Shown piece after piece: positions 12,003 through 25,956 of a stretch of 64,000 nt of DNA (position 1 is the first letter of the stretch; each line of letters starts with the position of its first letter). The position numbers and the translations under genes are program-made. Source of the DNA: Octopus vulgaris (taxonomy: Eukaryota); contig OX597832.1 of assembly GCA_951406725.2 (NCBI GenBank), positions 4,154,001 through 4,218,000 on the forward strand, read 5' to 3'. The notes below the pieces were generated by a model. That model did not search any database. It worked only from the letters and a program-made list of their open reading frames with translations, and had not been told where the DNA came from.

Positions 12003-13494
12003 TCACACAGAGCACAGCTCTCAACTATTATTAACTGCTCTGTGGCCCCCATTATTTAGTAAGGCCCTTTTTTCAGTCCACCTCTTCACTATGTCATCGA
12101 TTGTTTCCTAATTTGTACCAAAAGATCGGACTAATTCTCAAATGGACGACTAATGATTAGTCATCCATAAATGCAGAAACGAAATTTGCTTGGGGAGTTC
12201 AAACTTAGGGTCCTATCGAGAATGTTCAAAGCATTTTCATTACCTATCCCCACCCCCACAGATTTTAGGGGGACAAGCGCAACCCTGCACGTGCACTCCC
12301 TGTTACCGAACCGGAAAAAGACATCCATGAATTTTACATGCATGCTTGTGATAACCCTCATGTAAAATACATAGATGTCTCTTTTCCCCAAAATTTTCCA
12401 CTGCTGTGTCTTTTCAAATTAAATTTAGAATTAATCTAAAAATGCAATTAAATTAATTTGTGTAACTGCAAAGAAAAATGAGAAAAAAAAACACGGATGG
12501 CTAAAAATCCATACATACACGCATACATACATACATACAAATACACACACAGTCACACATATACACATACATACATACGTCCATACGTACACATACATGC
12601 ATACATCTACACACATAAACACATACGCACACACACACACATACATACATATGTACATACGTACATACATACATACAAATACACACAGTCACACATATAC
12701 ACATACATACAGACATCTACACACATAAATACATACTTACGCACACACGCACACACACATACATACATACATACATACATACATACATACATACATAGAA
12801 AAAAAGCAAACAATTGCAAACAGAAGAGATATCAAACTTTTGGGCAGAAAAGGCGTCGGATGAGGGAAAAGGAAAGAAAATAGTAAAGAGTAAAATAAGA
12901 AAGTGAGGGGGAGGTAGAAGGGGGAAGTTAGTAAAAGAACTGGAGAGAAAATGAAAGAGGAGGAGAGGTAGAATGACTGAAGAGGGAAAAGGGAGAGAGA
13001 CACAGAGAGAAGGGGAGGAGGAGAGAGAGAGATGAATAATAGGAGAAAAGACAAAGGATACAGAGAGAGTGAGAGGGAGCGGAGAGAGAAGTATGTTGCT
13101 GATAACATGTTAACCTTTATAATTTTGTTAAAATAGTCTGTTTGGAAACATGTTGGCTGCTGTTTCTTAACAGAGTCCCAGGGGGATTGATTGTATTGAA
13201 GAGAAGTCCATAAAAAGCAAACGGAACATTCGGAAACTACACAAGTAATCTGTAGATATAAACAATCATTAATCGTTGAACAATCTCTCTCCCTCCCCCT
13301 CTCTCTCTCTCCCTCTCTCTCATCCTCTCTCTTCCTCCCCCTCTCTCTCTCTCCCTCTCTCTCATCTTCTCTCTCTCTCATTTCTTGAAATGCGCGCATG
13401 CAAATATATCTACAAGCACGCGCGCGCATACACACACAAACACACACGCGCATTCAAGCATGTATGTATATATATGTATGCATATATATATATA

Positions 13495-13551
<57 letters not shown>

Positions 13552-13716
13552 GTATATATATGTATATACGCACATACGTATGTAAATATGTTTGCATATT
13601 TATGTTCATCTGTGTACAAAATATTTTATAACGAATAGTGATATCGCGAAACTCGGAGTAATAATTGGGTAAGATCTGTTTTAATTGCTTAACTCTACAT
13701 ATTGAATAGTAGTTCG

Positions 13717-13769
<53 letters not shown>

Positions 13770-13893
13770 TCTGTTTATATATATATATGTTTATATATAT
13801 TTTTATATATATACACACATATATATATGTATGTATGTATATATATATATATATATATATGTGTGTATATATATATACATGTGTGTGTGTGTG

Positions 13894-13967
<74 letters not shown>

Positions 13968-14085
13968 ATAGATATATATCTTGCAACACAAATTCATAAA
14001 CATATATGTGTGTATGTGTGTGTGTGTACGTGTGTGTGTGTATATATATTGTATATGTTTATGTACACACACACACTCACACACT

Positions 14086-14165
<80 letters not shown>

Positions 14166-14211
14166 TATACATATTCACAAGATATAGAAAATTTATAATA
14201 CTCATGCAGCT

Positions 14212-14266
<55 letters not shown>

Positions 14267-15089
14267 ACACACACACGCGCGCACTCGCTCGCATTTTACT
14301 CTGTCTATCGCAATATTTGTCTTTATTTACTCGACTGACAGAACAACGTTGCAAAGAAACAACGACTTCAGCAGTTCAATAATCTCCATTAGTTGAGATA
14401 AGAACTAAATGAGGCTTTAATTAGATTTGCTGCCAAAACAAACCACAGATACAGCGACGTGGTATATCTGCTCGGAGCCACATGGGTGACCCTAGCAATA
14501 CATCTGACCCTTTCTTTGAGTTGTGTAAGCACTTTCATCAGTCGAAGATGACAGAAAGGAGCTTATCAGATATGTCTCCGATAATTATCGCTTCGTTTTT
14601 GCACCACCATTCTCTAGACGGAATGGAATGACGTGAACCACAAGGTTTCCAATATCAAAACCACCACACAAACCACCACCGCCGCCGCTACAAACCCACC
14701 ACCTCCACCACCATCAATTACGGCTATTAGTACTACTTTCGTCTTAACGATATTTATTTCCACATCGACAACAACATTATCACCAACATAACCATCACTG
14801 GCTACTACCACACTGTCGAGTCTACCACCCACATCATCGTCGATTATCACCACTTTAGACAACATCACAGTCGTCTATATTTCTGCCTCAACTCCAACAA
14901 TGCCGTAGGTGACTCCTTTGCCTTTAACATCACACTAACGCCATCTACCACCACACTAAAATATCTATAATCTAGGGATTATAGATATTTTGGTGGTATG
15001 ATAGCACTTGGAGGAGTGTAGCGGTGATTCGAAACCGTATCGCTAGATATGCGGTCAGACATCACGACCAAACCATAAGAGTTACACGT

Positions 15090-15310
15090 GATTGGCATTT
15101 AAACTGGCCATATCACCCTCAGATATTCTACCTATTTTATGTTTAAACTAACCAGATCCAATCTCTCACATTTACCCTACAACGCAATTCTAAAAATAAC
15201 TATCATATCATCGAAATCTCAGAACTAGGAGCTAATACATGATTGATGTAAAACAATGTAAATAAATATATATTACATTTGACAAAGCAATCTGAAAGTT
15301 AAACGGCTAA
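15090..15310. mobile_element. Degenerate piggyBac-like MITE
   Basis: Resembles a recalled octopus ttaaccctttagcattt...aaagggttaa repeat. The termini here are eroded. Confidence 0.45.
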
Positions 15311-15634
15311 TCAACCATGGCATGCTGTATTCTTCTTTTTCTTTTTCTTCCAATCAGGACTCACGCCATTAGCCACAAAGAATAATCTCTAATTCGAGCC
15401 TACTCTAAGCTAATAAGAATGCGTGTGGCAACGTGAGGATCCATCCACCGCACGCGATAGACTGGCGGTTGCACGGACGTGAAAGCTACGTTGTTAGCCT
15501 CATTTCGTAAACGGTGGCTTTTAACGGGTGGAGAGCTGAACCATTCTGCGGTACAGAGGATTCGCAATCTAGACTAGGGTCTGAAAGTTTACCACATCAT
15601 AGTGGGTTAGACCATGGTTCCTCTGCTTTGTGGC

Positions 15635-15828
15635 AGAAGTAGGAAGAAAGAGTGAGAGAAAGTTGTGATGAAAGAGTACAGCGGGGTTCACCACCACCAC
15701 CATCCGTAACCTCGTGGAGCTTAGGTGTTTTTGCTCAATAAGCATTCACAATGCCCGGTCTGGGAATCGAAACCGTGTTCTTACGACCGCTAGTCCGCTG
15801 CCCTAACCACTGGGCCATTGCGCCTCCA
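15635..15828 (-). mobile_element. 5' part of tRNA-Arg-like SINE, family C
   Basis: Reverse complement of the head of the 28733-29116 SINE. Confidence 0.8.
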
Positions 15829-16077
15829 CACGTGCTGTTGTTTTCTGGAATCTGCTTCACCACTAAATCCACCGCCAATAATTCCATTACCATTGTTACG
15901 AAACATCACTTCTGTCACCATTAACTCCCGATATTTACCTCCCCTACTCACACTCTCAACCAAATCCACGAAAGATCACAGTTTTGATGAAGTTTCAATG
16001 GAAGTGTGGAGCAGTAGAACATCTATGAGACAATGATAGAGTCCTTCCATCGTCTTCATATGTAAGAATTAACACCA

Positions 16078-16163
16078 TAGGCGCACGCGTGACTGTGTGC
16101 TAAGAAGTTTGCTTCCCAGCCATATGGTTTCGGCTTCAGTCCCACAGCGTGGTACTGTAGGGT
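16078..16163 (+). mobile_element. SINE family B head fragment
   Basis: ggcgcacgcgtgactgtgtgctaagaagtttgcttccc...ggcttcagtcccac, similar to the head at 5390-5466. Confidence 0.65.
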
Positions 16164-16430
16164 TTTTACGACCGTACATAAGGAGTTGGCGACAAATGTC
16201 GCCTTTTGAACGCCGCACGGTCGCTCCTAACAAATATAAGATTAGCCAAATACATGATATAAAATATAGTGCCAAAAGGAATAAATGAAGGACAACAAAC
16301 CTTTCTACTGTTTGAGAGAGAAGAAGACTTTATTCACAATGTACAAAGTGAAAGTGTTATGAGTGCTAGCGAAGTGTAATGACTGTGTGCATGCTACAAG
16401 TGTTTGTGTACACACACACACACACACACA

Positions 16431-16481
<51 letters not shown>

Positions 16482-16483
<2 letters not shown>

Positions 16484-16841
16484 GAGTATCAAAGATGTAC
16501 AGGTGTCAATTCAGTACGGCCGTTTCAAGCGACTATTTTAACTGATTAATGAAAACATTACATCATAGCAACTACTTTAACATATTCGTATCAAATATTT
16601 ACATTGATTCTGCAGCTATATCTTCTGCCAAAGATATAACAGCAGAATCAATGTAAATATTTGAGCTCCGTTGGTGATACTGATATGTTAAAGCAGTTAG
16701 TTTGTCCTTTATGTTTGAAGTCTATATAGTCATCTGAAGAAAACGGTTTATTTGCAATGATGTAATGTTTTCATTAATCAATTAAAGGAGTCGCTTGAAA
16801 CGACCGAACTGAATTGACACCTGTACATCTTTGTTATTCAT
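16482..16841. repeat. Long imperfect palindrome (fold-back element)
   Basis: caaagatgtacaggtgtcaattcagt... pairs with ...actgaattgacacctgtacatctttg. Inner arms aaatatttacattgattctgc / gcagaatcaatgtaaatattt. Confidence 0.9.
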
Positions 16842-17110
16842 TTATATTTTATTCACCTACCCTAGAATTTGCACTTCTGAAATTTTATAGAAAGTATTTT
16901 TGTATTTTTATATAAAGTACATGTCTAAACAACCAAGAGCGAATCTCTTCACTAAGTTGAATCGTGTTAACTGCACACACTGCAAGAATGTCAAGTGCAA
17001 ACACTTGTGCACAGAGTTTGATATTCACCTGATATTGTTTGGGTGTGCAAACTAGATCAACCTAACAAGGTGCCTCGATTTATGTACCTAATTCAACCGA
17101 ATCTTAATTA

Positions 17111-17151
<41 letters not shown>

Positions 17152-17223
17152 CGCCATACTAATACAATTGTTTGTTTGTTTCCACCTGCCTTCGTCTTTT
17201 GTCTATTTTCATAAAGCTTCCCG

Positions 17224-17265
<42 letters not shown>

Positions 17266-17269
<4 letters not shown>

Positions 17270-18305
17270 ACGCCACACGCAAGCCCTAGGCCTTCCGATG
17301 CCACCACATGGCCCTCACGCCGGGAACAGCCCGCTTGCGACGGCGACGGCGCTCAGTAAACCGGCAATCCACCACGGAAAGGAGGGAAGGCAGCGAATGC
17401 AGCCAGGAACCAACACAACAACAAAAGAAAGAGACATACACGGGCGGAAGTTGCGTAATTCAGGAATTTTTTTAATAAAACAAAGCATTCAAAAACAAAG
17501 GTTGACAAATCATGTAACATTTGACACAATACAGTTCGATCTTTCAAGACAAATCATTTACATTTAAACATAATACAGAGTCGATTCTTCCAAAACAAAT
17601 CATTTACATTTGACACAAAGTTCACAATCAACAGTCTCTTAGAGTTCTATTTTCCTCTTTTTTTAACACAACAGTTCTCAAAAGTTCCTTCTGCATTTTT
17701 TTAAAAACATTTCCAAGTTCTATTTTTCAAGATTCATTTCAACGGTTTACGTCAGAGTCTCTCTCTTTTTTTAATTTCAACAACATATCGTCTCTTCTCT
17801 TTTTTTTTTAACATTTACATTTAAGTAAACACAACGGTTTTCTTTTTTTTTTAATTTAAACATTAGAATTCAAAACATACAGAAAAACAACATTTACCAG
17901 AACATTTGTTTCTTAAATTCGCGTCCGCAACAATTTAACTTCACAAACTCCCACTATAGTAGCACAGCTTCTTCATGTATCTCTCTCTATCAGTCTGTGA
18001 CAGTCATCTTCTTGGCTGCCTCTCGTCCTGTCACCTCTCACACTGACTGTTTCCCTCTCTCACTGACTGACTCTTTAACTTAATGCTACCCGTATTTATA
18101 ACGTCGTCCCAACATTTTTATTTCTTAAAACTTTCCGTGACCGTGTGGGGCCATAGATCAGTGCCTAGGACCATTAATAATCGTGCTCCTTGACAGGACA
18201 AAGGAAATACCAATGTCCTGAACAACTGGAGCGCCGGTTCGATTCCAACTAATGGAACAAGGGGCATAATGTTTTTTGTTCGTTTACATTTTCCTTGGCG
18301 TCCGT

Positions 18306-18309
<4 letters not shown>
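17266..18309 (-). mobile_element. Solo LTR (Gypsy-like) inserted in (TA)n
   Basis: TGTTACG...CGTAACA inverted termini, 1044 bp. Minus-strand TATAAATA near 18093-18100 and ATTAAA near 17471-17476. Confidence 0.75.
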
Positions 18310-18380
<71 letters not shown>

Positions 18381-18509
18381 TATATATATATATTTGTGTG
18401 TGTGTGTGTGTATGTGTATATTATCTGTCTGTCTGTCTGTCTGTCCGTCTATCTATCTATCTATCTATCTAACTATCTATCTATCTATCTATATCTATCT
18501 ATCTATCTA

Positions 18510-18589
<80 letters not shown>

Positions 18590-19539
18590 CTAGGAGAGAT
18601 GGCATGCTTTTGACCTGTTACAGGACCGCCGAGACTAGTTGGAATGAAGGAAGTGAATATCTTCAAACTGGAAACCTGGTCTACATGGTTGCAACAGAGT
18701 GGAATCAGATAAAAGCATACCAGGGACAAGGTAGTTGTGTTCAACCGAGTGGACAACAGTTTATCTCTCTCCTCTCCTCTTCCGTCCCTCCTCTCTTTCT
18801 CTCTACCTCTTTCTATCCTTCTCTCTCTTTCTCTGTCTCTTTCTCTCCCACACATGTCTTTTCTATATGATTATGGAAATGTTAAATTCTCTTAAAATAT
18901 CGACTTAACAGACATTGATTTGTAGATTGTTGAATATAACGTAAACAGAAATAAATAGTTTAAAACTATTATGCATTTTGATCTATTAGACGTTTCTTTT
19001 ACTTCGATTTTGTTTTATTACCTTCTTTAACTTAACTCTTTCTTGAATTTATACCTCTATTTCAATGAAGCAAAGTATTACTTATTTCGGGCATAAAACA
19101 ACGGCTCATACACTAGTATTATTATAGATATAATGACACAGTTCATAGATGCAGTTGAACTCTGAAGTCATCAATAAATTACCTACAGGATATTTCAAGA
19201 TGATAAGATAACCTAAATTGTAGTAAGACTTTCATGAATATAGCGCACAAACGTTTTACTGTTTATAGACAATTTCACTCAATCATTGATAGGATAGAAA
19301 TTATATTCTTTAACAAGTTAGCCCCAGCGAGGTGAGAAACAATGTACTGGAGACAGAGGAGAATGAAAGTATTGGACCGATGCTGTCTTCGTCTTTGATG
19401 GTCTGTCATAAGCGAGTAGGCAACAGGTGGATGTGACGGTAGTGAATATGACCATTGCCAGTCGTTGATGTATCCGATGCAGTTGATGCACAGTTTGAAT
19501 GTATGTCAGTTGACATTTGCAGAGGATATCCAGAGGAAA

Positions 19540-19830
19540 TCTGTTCAAGGGAGGAATGATTTAGAAAAGTAAATGAGAGGAAACAAGGAGGGACGAGAGT
19601 GTCGGTCAGGTCTGAGTAGATCGGGTATGCATCTTACTAATTCAGAGGAAAAGGAATCTTCGTAAAAGCAATCGATGAGACAATGGGATAAGAAATAGCA
19701 GTCTTTGAGCAAGTCGTTGAAGTGTATTGATCAATAGGTTTTTGCCAAGGAGATACACGAGCTTCTTTCGAAGTTTTGGGTGTTTATGTGTATAGCAACT
19801 TCGTTAATCCGGATTTGTGAACAGTACACC
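19540..19830 (-). pseudogene. Degenerate LINE ORF2 C-terminal remnant, same type as 4225-4803
   Basis: Minus-strand frames give LINTLQRLAQR and FYEDSFSSELVRCIPDLLRPDRHSR...YFSKSFLP. Confidence 0.5.
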
Positions 19831-20979
19831 AAGCAGTCCGCACTTGAGCGTTAGTGATGCAGTTGTGCTCTTCATTGTATTCCGAAATATACTACGAGCT
19901 CATCTTATTTGAATTAAAAAAATAAAAAATTGTTAAATTTATTTCCAAAATATGTTGTTTACTTTTAAGTATTTTGCTTAACACTTTCATTTCTTGCTTA
20001 TCACCAATCTCTATTGTATGTTGCAATTCTTTAAGTGAACATTGGTCTCTCTACTCAAATATTCTCTTTGCTATTTCATGGGTAGCAACTAACCAAAGTT
20101 TCAGAACCACTGGTAACCACAAACCAACAACCTAAGCAAGACATGGTACAGTAGTTTACTGTTTGAGAAATGAGATCAATGCATTAGTATCTAAAAAATG
20201 CATCGGAAAAAGGTCTCCTATAAGTTGACTGCTAATGTTTCTCCTACTTGTTCAGTACTGCAAAATCGACAGTCATATTTGCTAAATAAACAAGGCTACA
20301 GAATTAGTACACCCAAATCTAAGAACATTTTTTACTCTTTCTTTGTAGACAAGTTGCAGTTCTAATGACCAAGTACCAACCATTAACAAAAGCAGTTGAG
20401 TCGCTTTACCCAATATTCCATTAAGATTGGAATAACATTTGATGTGTTGGTAAAAAGTCCAGAATTAATTAACTGTCAAGAAGAAAAAAAAAAGCAAGAA
20501 ATAAATGGCTTCTTAAAACAACCAACGCAACCAGGTGAACATCGCAGTTATTTAGGGTAGGACGAGTATGTTGAGTGTGGGGCAGGGGGATTATGAAATG
20601 AATACATCAAGAGAGTAAGAAAAATATGGCTCTCTTTCATTTCAACAATCTATAAACATATTTTCCCACAATACATTTGTAGCACTTACCTTAATCCCTG
20701 CTTTCAGAGATTTTGATTGAATACTCGGACCGATAGATGTGAAGATCCGAAAACCGTTGTGACTGATAATTTTACTGGAAACAAATACTTATATTTTCTT
20801 GATAAGAAGGGAGGTAGAGAATCTCAAATTGCGTCAATAATATACCTGGATCGCATTGTGATGCCAAAGCAACATCTTTAGCAGAGAAACGACTATCTGG
20901 CTGAAGGTTGTAAGCATGAAAAATAAAAACTGAACAGACCACTTTTTAATGAATATTTATTGGTTTCAAATTTTGGTAC

Positions 20980-21182
20980 AGGACCAGCAGTTTCGGAAGA
21001 GGGATTAAGTCGATTAGATCGATTCATGTACTCAATTGGTACTTATTTTATCGACTCCCACCCACGAAAGAATGGAAGGCAAAGTCGACCTCAGCGGTAT
21101 TTGATCTCAGAATGTAAAGACGGACGAAATGCCGCTAAACATTTTGCCCGTTGTGCTAACGATTCTGCCAGCTCGCCGCCTT
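20980..21182 (-). mobile_element. SINE family A with alternative tail (...tgtaccaaaatttgaaacca)
   Basis: Family A head and body with a different 3' tail. Confidence 0.85.
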
Positions 21183-21393
21183 ACTCTTTAAGGAATGATG
21201 GCAGCTTCTACGTAGCCGACCAAAACCAGGAAAGGTTACCTCTCTGCAATGCAGGAACAAGAAATTCCAGAGAGGTACATAATTCACAAAGTATACAAAA
21301 GCGTACCAAGTCCTAATAAATACAGCCCGATGAAAACTTATAATGTAAACTAGTGTACTTAATTTGGTGGGTTGCGAAACTGTAGGCAATATA

Positions 21394-21641
21394 CGAGGTG
21401 GTATCAAAAAGTTCCCGGACTAGCTATGTTCCAACTTCCTGTCCATGATAAAATCGCAGACTACAGCATACACGTGATCAGAAAAACACTAATTTCACAA
21501 CTTACGTAGTAAATTCTGCGATGTCACTCGGCACACTGCCTTGATGCTGGTCGCTGCTAGCTCTCACCGCACACGCAACTGTGTGCTGCCATCTGTTGGC
21601 GCGCTACAGAACTAGACCGGGAACTTTTTGACATCACCTCG
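21394..21641. mobile_element. Tc1/mariner MITE
   Basis: ~30-bp TIR cgaggtggtatcaaaaagttcccggactag / ctagaccgggaactttttgacatcacctcg with TA TSD. Confidence 0.9.
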
Positions 21642-23012
21642 TATAAAGGTAAAAAAAAACTGGCAAGTAAAAACAGCTAACAACCTGTAATTATCCGAGA
21701 AGACAAAGAAATTCTGCTGTGAAAGTAAACTGCTTGCTTCACACCTTTATTGTCAATAAAAATATCACAGGAAGATGACTTGTCTGCATCATTGACAGAG
21801 AATCTTACAATAACTTAAACAAATAAAATTTTAGCCCGACCATTATAAGATCAACATGCTAACCCGTTTAGGAGATAAGTCAAGTTAGTGTTCACGTATT
21901 TAAAGTAAGAATCATTAAAAATCATCAAAATGCTAACAAGAAATACGGTGAGGGAAAAACAATACTAATCGTTGGTTAGTGTTTTATTTTTCTACGTACG
22001 GGAGACAACTCTAGACATGTCTTATTATGACCTCATCAGTGAACCAGGCATTTCACCTTATATAATTGCATGAATTGGGGATCACTAATTAAATGTACAA
22101 GAATAAACACTGGTTGGCGTAGAAAACTAGAATCTTAAAGAGAACAAATAACTCTACCCAGTAAATGCTATCAGTGTGAAAAAACAACTGTTAAGTTAGT
22201 TTTAATCTATTTAAAGCATGGATTTATCAGGAAATTCCTGCATTATGAAACAATACTTTTCAAAACACATTGAAAATTTCGCATATCTTATTTACTTATT
22301 CCTTACATATCCATCTTAGTTCTTCTCCCTTCTTATCTTTTTTTCTCTTTCTACTTAACATTTCGTTTTTGTCTTTTTTATCGGGCATGTAGTCGACACT
22401 TTTGTTCAATATAGATTTTATTAAACATCGTAAATCTAATCAAAAAGAGATAAGAACATACATGCATTCATGGTATACACATATGTGCATGCATATAAGT
22501 TGATATTTAGGCCTACGAGACTCCTCATCAAGATCTTTTTACGACTACCACCTTTTAACATCAAAATTAAATACAATGAGCATATTTCGGTAAACAGTTT
22601 TATTCAAGATAGTAATGATACTTGATACGAACTTGCCCAAATGCTATAAGCAACATGAGCCAATATAGGACCAATAAATATTAGCCAAATTTCCTTCAAA
22701 TTATATTCTACCGTCTTGAGAAGGAAAGAGTGACATTGGATAATGCCATCCTACATAACTCTAAAAAGATGGGTTGGTCATGGCTGGAATGCCTGTAATC
22801 ACTGATCTGCTCAATCAAGGTTAAACAACAATAAACACCACAACATGGTTAGATATCATAACAATGGTGATCACAGCTATTTCAAACAACAACAAAAATT
22901 TCAATTATAGAAGAAATCAGGAATTATGAAATGCAAACCTTTGATTGATGAACTTAAATATTTGTGTGAGTGTGTGTGTGTGTGTGTGTGTGTCTGTGTG
23001 TGTGTCTGTGTC

Positions 23013-23069
<57 letters not shown>

Positions 23070-23389
23070 CAATAAGGTATATTAAGGTATATTATAAAAC
23101 TGAAAAACTGCTTCAGCTCTCTATACATAAACACTCAATCACACTACAACAAACCAAATCCATTAAATTATTTTGTTTTGCCTGGCAGTAAGCTGAGTAT
23201 ATTGATTGTGTTTATTTCAAAATATAAAAAAGTAAAGCAAACAGCTACAAAGATGATGATGAACAAGGTAGTCCAACATGTCTGAAACTGTGTTGACATT
23301 CCATATTAATAAATAGGAGCCAAATTCACCGATTGGTAGCACACCGATTGTAAGCAGGCTAGTTGATAGCATACCCAAGTAATGGTATA

Positions 23390-25623
23390 CCAAACTACGC
23401 ATTTATTTCTCATATTGGGTATCTATTTTCTCTAGACTTTCCACTGTCCATTTTTTTATCTAATATTTCCCTCACCCAGAACATCAATTTGATGGAATTT
23501 ACTCTTTGCCCATGTTTCTCGTGTAACTGTCAATATGCACTTGTGCAAGAACATAAATGCTGATCAAGGCATTTATTTGTCATATCTTTACTCCACCAGG
23601 ATAGAAACTACGTATTTTGTTTTAAATTTTATTTCAGCGATATTTCCCGTTCACACTACACGTGAGAACTAGGGAATTGTTTGGGGGCTGCATCACTGAG
23701 TTTCAAAATGCAATTATTACTTGAATTTGTGTGAATTACTATCTCATTTAAACTTGTATTTTACGAACCTAAAGAAGTAAACATGCTCTGCTTAACTACA
23801 CTGGCACAAGTTAACTTTCTGGTCTCTCCCACATCTACATTCTCTATACACATACATGAATTAAACTCAATCATACATGAATAAAAGGAGAAAAACCAGT
23901 TGTTGAAAGTAAATTGGAATGTCTACAGCCTGATACCAAAACTACTAAGAACTGTGTAAATATCCATATAATATTGTTATTTCTAACTTGGGAACAGAAA
24001 CTTAATTTCTAACTCTAATGAATTTAGTGTTAGGGTACTAGAAGTGATATAAACTGTTAAGAAGTTTGGAAATATTCTAAACGGATCTTCTATTCTTGTT
24101 GATATTTTGTATGTGTATATGTATCGTAGTGTGCGCGCGCATGCGTATTTTTGTACGTAAATACAGTATAATCCAAGTTATGGATCAATTCTGAAGTGAT
24201 CGATCCTACTGATAATGATAATGATTCTAATTTATCACATAGGTCAGTAAATAAAGAAAGGTGAAATACGAACGTTTTTAACTAAGTTAGCGATTTGTTC
24301 TGATAAAGTTTATATCTGTTGCAATATCATTCGTATTTTATCTGGCTTAATAACAGACTTCCAATTAATGTTGCAGTCTGTTCGGTTTCGTACGTTCATT
24401 TTAGGGCGCTGGAGAGGATGAAGAGTGTGGAGGGCTGACTAGGCTGCCTAATTTGAATTTCAAATCCCGAAGGGTCAGAATTTGATTTGACGTAATATGG
24501 GAAAGATGGAATAAGAATCAATAACTTGCCCCTAAACTTGCAAAAACATGTTATTCAATAGAAGAAAGCATTATTTAATATTCTCTGTAAATACTAAGCT
24601 CAGAAGTGTTCTTTTTAAAAATATCAGGCGGTGATGGTGGTTATACACCACAAATATATATTTTTAAAGAATGTCGTACAAAGAAGATTTAAATTGTAAT
24701 ACTTAAAAAAGATTAGATAATGTGTTTTTATCAATAAACAGCTTACTATAAATCAAGAGCTTCAATCAAGAAGAATGTTTTATGTATCAAAATCGCAAAA
24801 GAAACGTAAATTATTTAGCATATTGGTGCAAATATTCAAATATATAAAGAATAAATTATTTTAAAAAATCTTTTTTTAGTCATAGAGAGAAAGACAATGT
24901 TCGGAACCGTTGCAAGATCTGTTAGGCTGACTAGGTTGATGCCCGGCTTGAACTTCTGCAATCGATATCTGTAGGGAGAAAGAGAACAAAAAGTGAATTC
25001 CAGAGCATTGTGGTTTGAAGGGAAAATAATTGGATGAGTCTGTGATGACTATAGAGGTAGAGCTAGATGTGTCAGATGATAAACAGCTTGTTAGTCAGAG
25101 AAATGAAGATATAACACTATTGAATTATTTCTGTGGTTGCCATTAATTATATCATCCTTAGGAATATTCGGAATATGCTTGCAATATTCGGAAAGTTAGC
25201 GGACCTTTTGTATAAAGAGTTAAGCACATTAGAGTTGACCTGAGAGGTGAAATGGTGGAGCTGAGAAGATACATATTTTCTCTCCTTATTTTCTCCGTAG
25301 TTAGGCTTTTGTTAGTTATGATTTTTTTTAAATGTCTAGTAGCATTGAAGAGTACATAAAGCCATTATTAGACTGATGGCATGGAATCACTGACACACAC
25401 ACTAACCTCAGAAGCTGGTTGTCCTCGTGCCACCGCTACCCAAGTCCAAACTACGCATTTATTTTTCCTTCCGCCTTTCATATTGTGTATCTTCTTTCTC
25501 TAGACTTTCCACTGTCCATTTCTTTACTTAATATTTCCCTCACCCAGAACATCAATTTGATGGAATTTACTCTTTGCCCATGTTTCTCGTGTAACTGTCA
25601 ATATGCACTTGTACATGAACATT
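23390..25623. repeat. Pair of ~170-bp direct repeats (23390-23555 and 25446-25623)
   Basis: Share a long identical stretch taatatttccctcacccagaacatcaatttgatggaatttactctttgcccatgtttctcgtgtaactgtcaatatgcacttgt. Confidence 0.9.
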
Positions 25624-25956
25624 ACTCGATCTATCTGTTTCGAAAGGATGTAAAACCTGTGGCATAGTCCCTTTCTCCTGAAACTACTCCCTAAAAGTAT
25701 CGAAAATCCCAATACTTTGAATCAAGAGTGCCCTCAAACAAAGCACCAATGAAAAAGAAACAGAGCAGCTCTGCTGCTTTCAGTCATTCTGTCCAGAATA
25801 TCTAACTCTTAGAATTTACCCAAAGAGCATGCAAGGAAACAAGATAAAAGTTTTCAGCCAAAATCACACCCCGATTCTTTTTCTCTTTATGTGTCCCTTA
25901 ACTTTTCCTAAATCTGAAGTATGCTGGAAATATAATCCAGTGTGTGCCTTAATTAA

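Noticed and set aside
13173-13244. Possible small exon (ttcttaacag|...|gtaatc, open frame SPRGIDCIEEKSIKSKRNIRKLH)
   Set aside because: No recognisable homology or partner exons, and such signals arise by chance.
12431-14338. Numerous ORFs rich in YI, CV, HT, SL and MYVC (also 32661-33434 and 40559-41946)
   Set aside because: They are translations of (TA)n, (CA)n, (CT)n and (CATA)n microsatellites, not genes.
14958-14991. 15-bp perfect hairpin aaaatatctataatc-tagg-gattatagatatttt
   Set aside because: Too short and AT-rich to assign. It is not a credible miRNA precursor or terminator.
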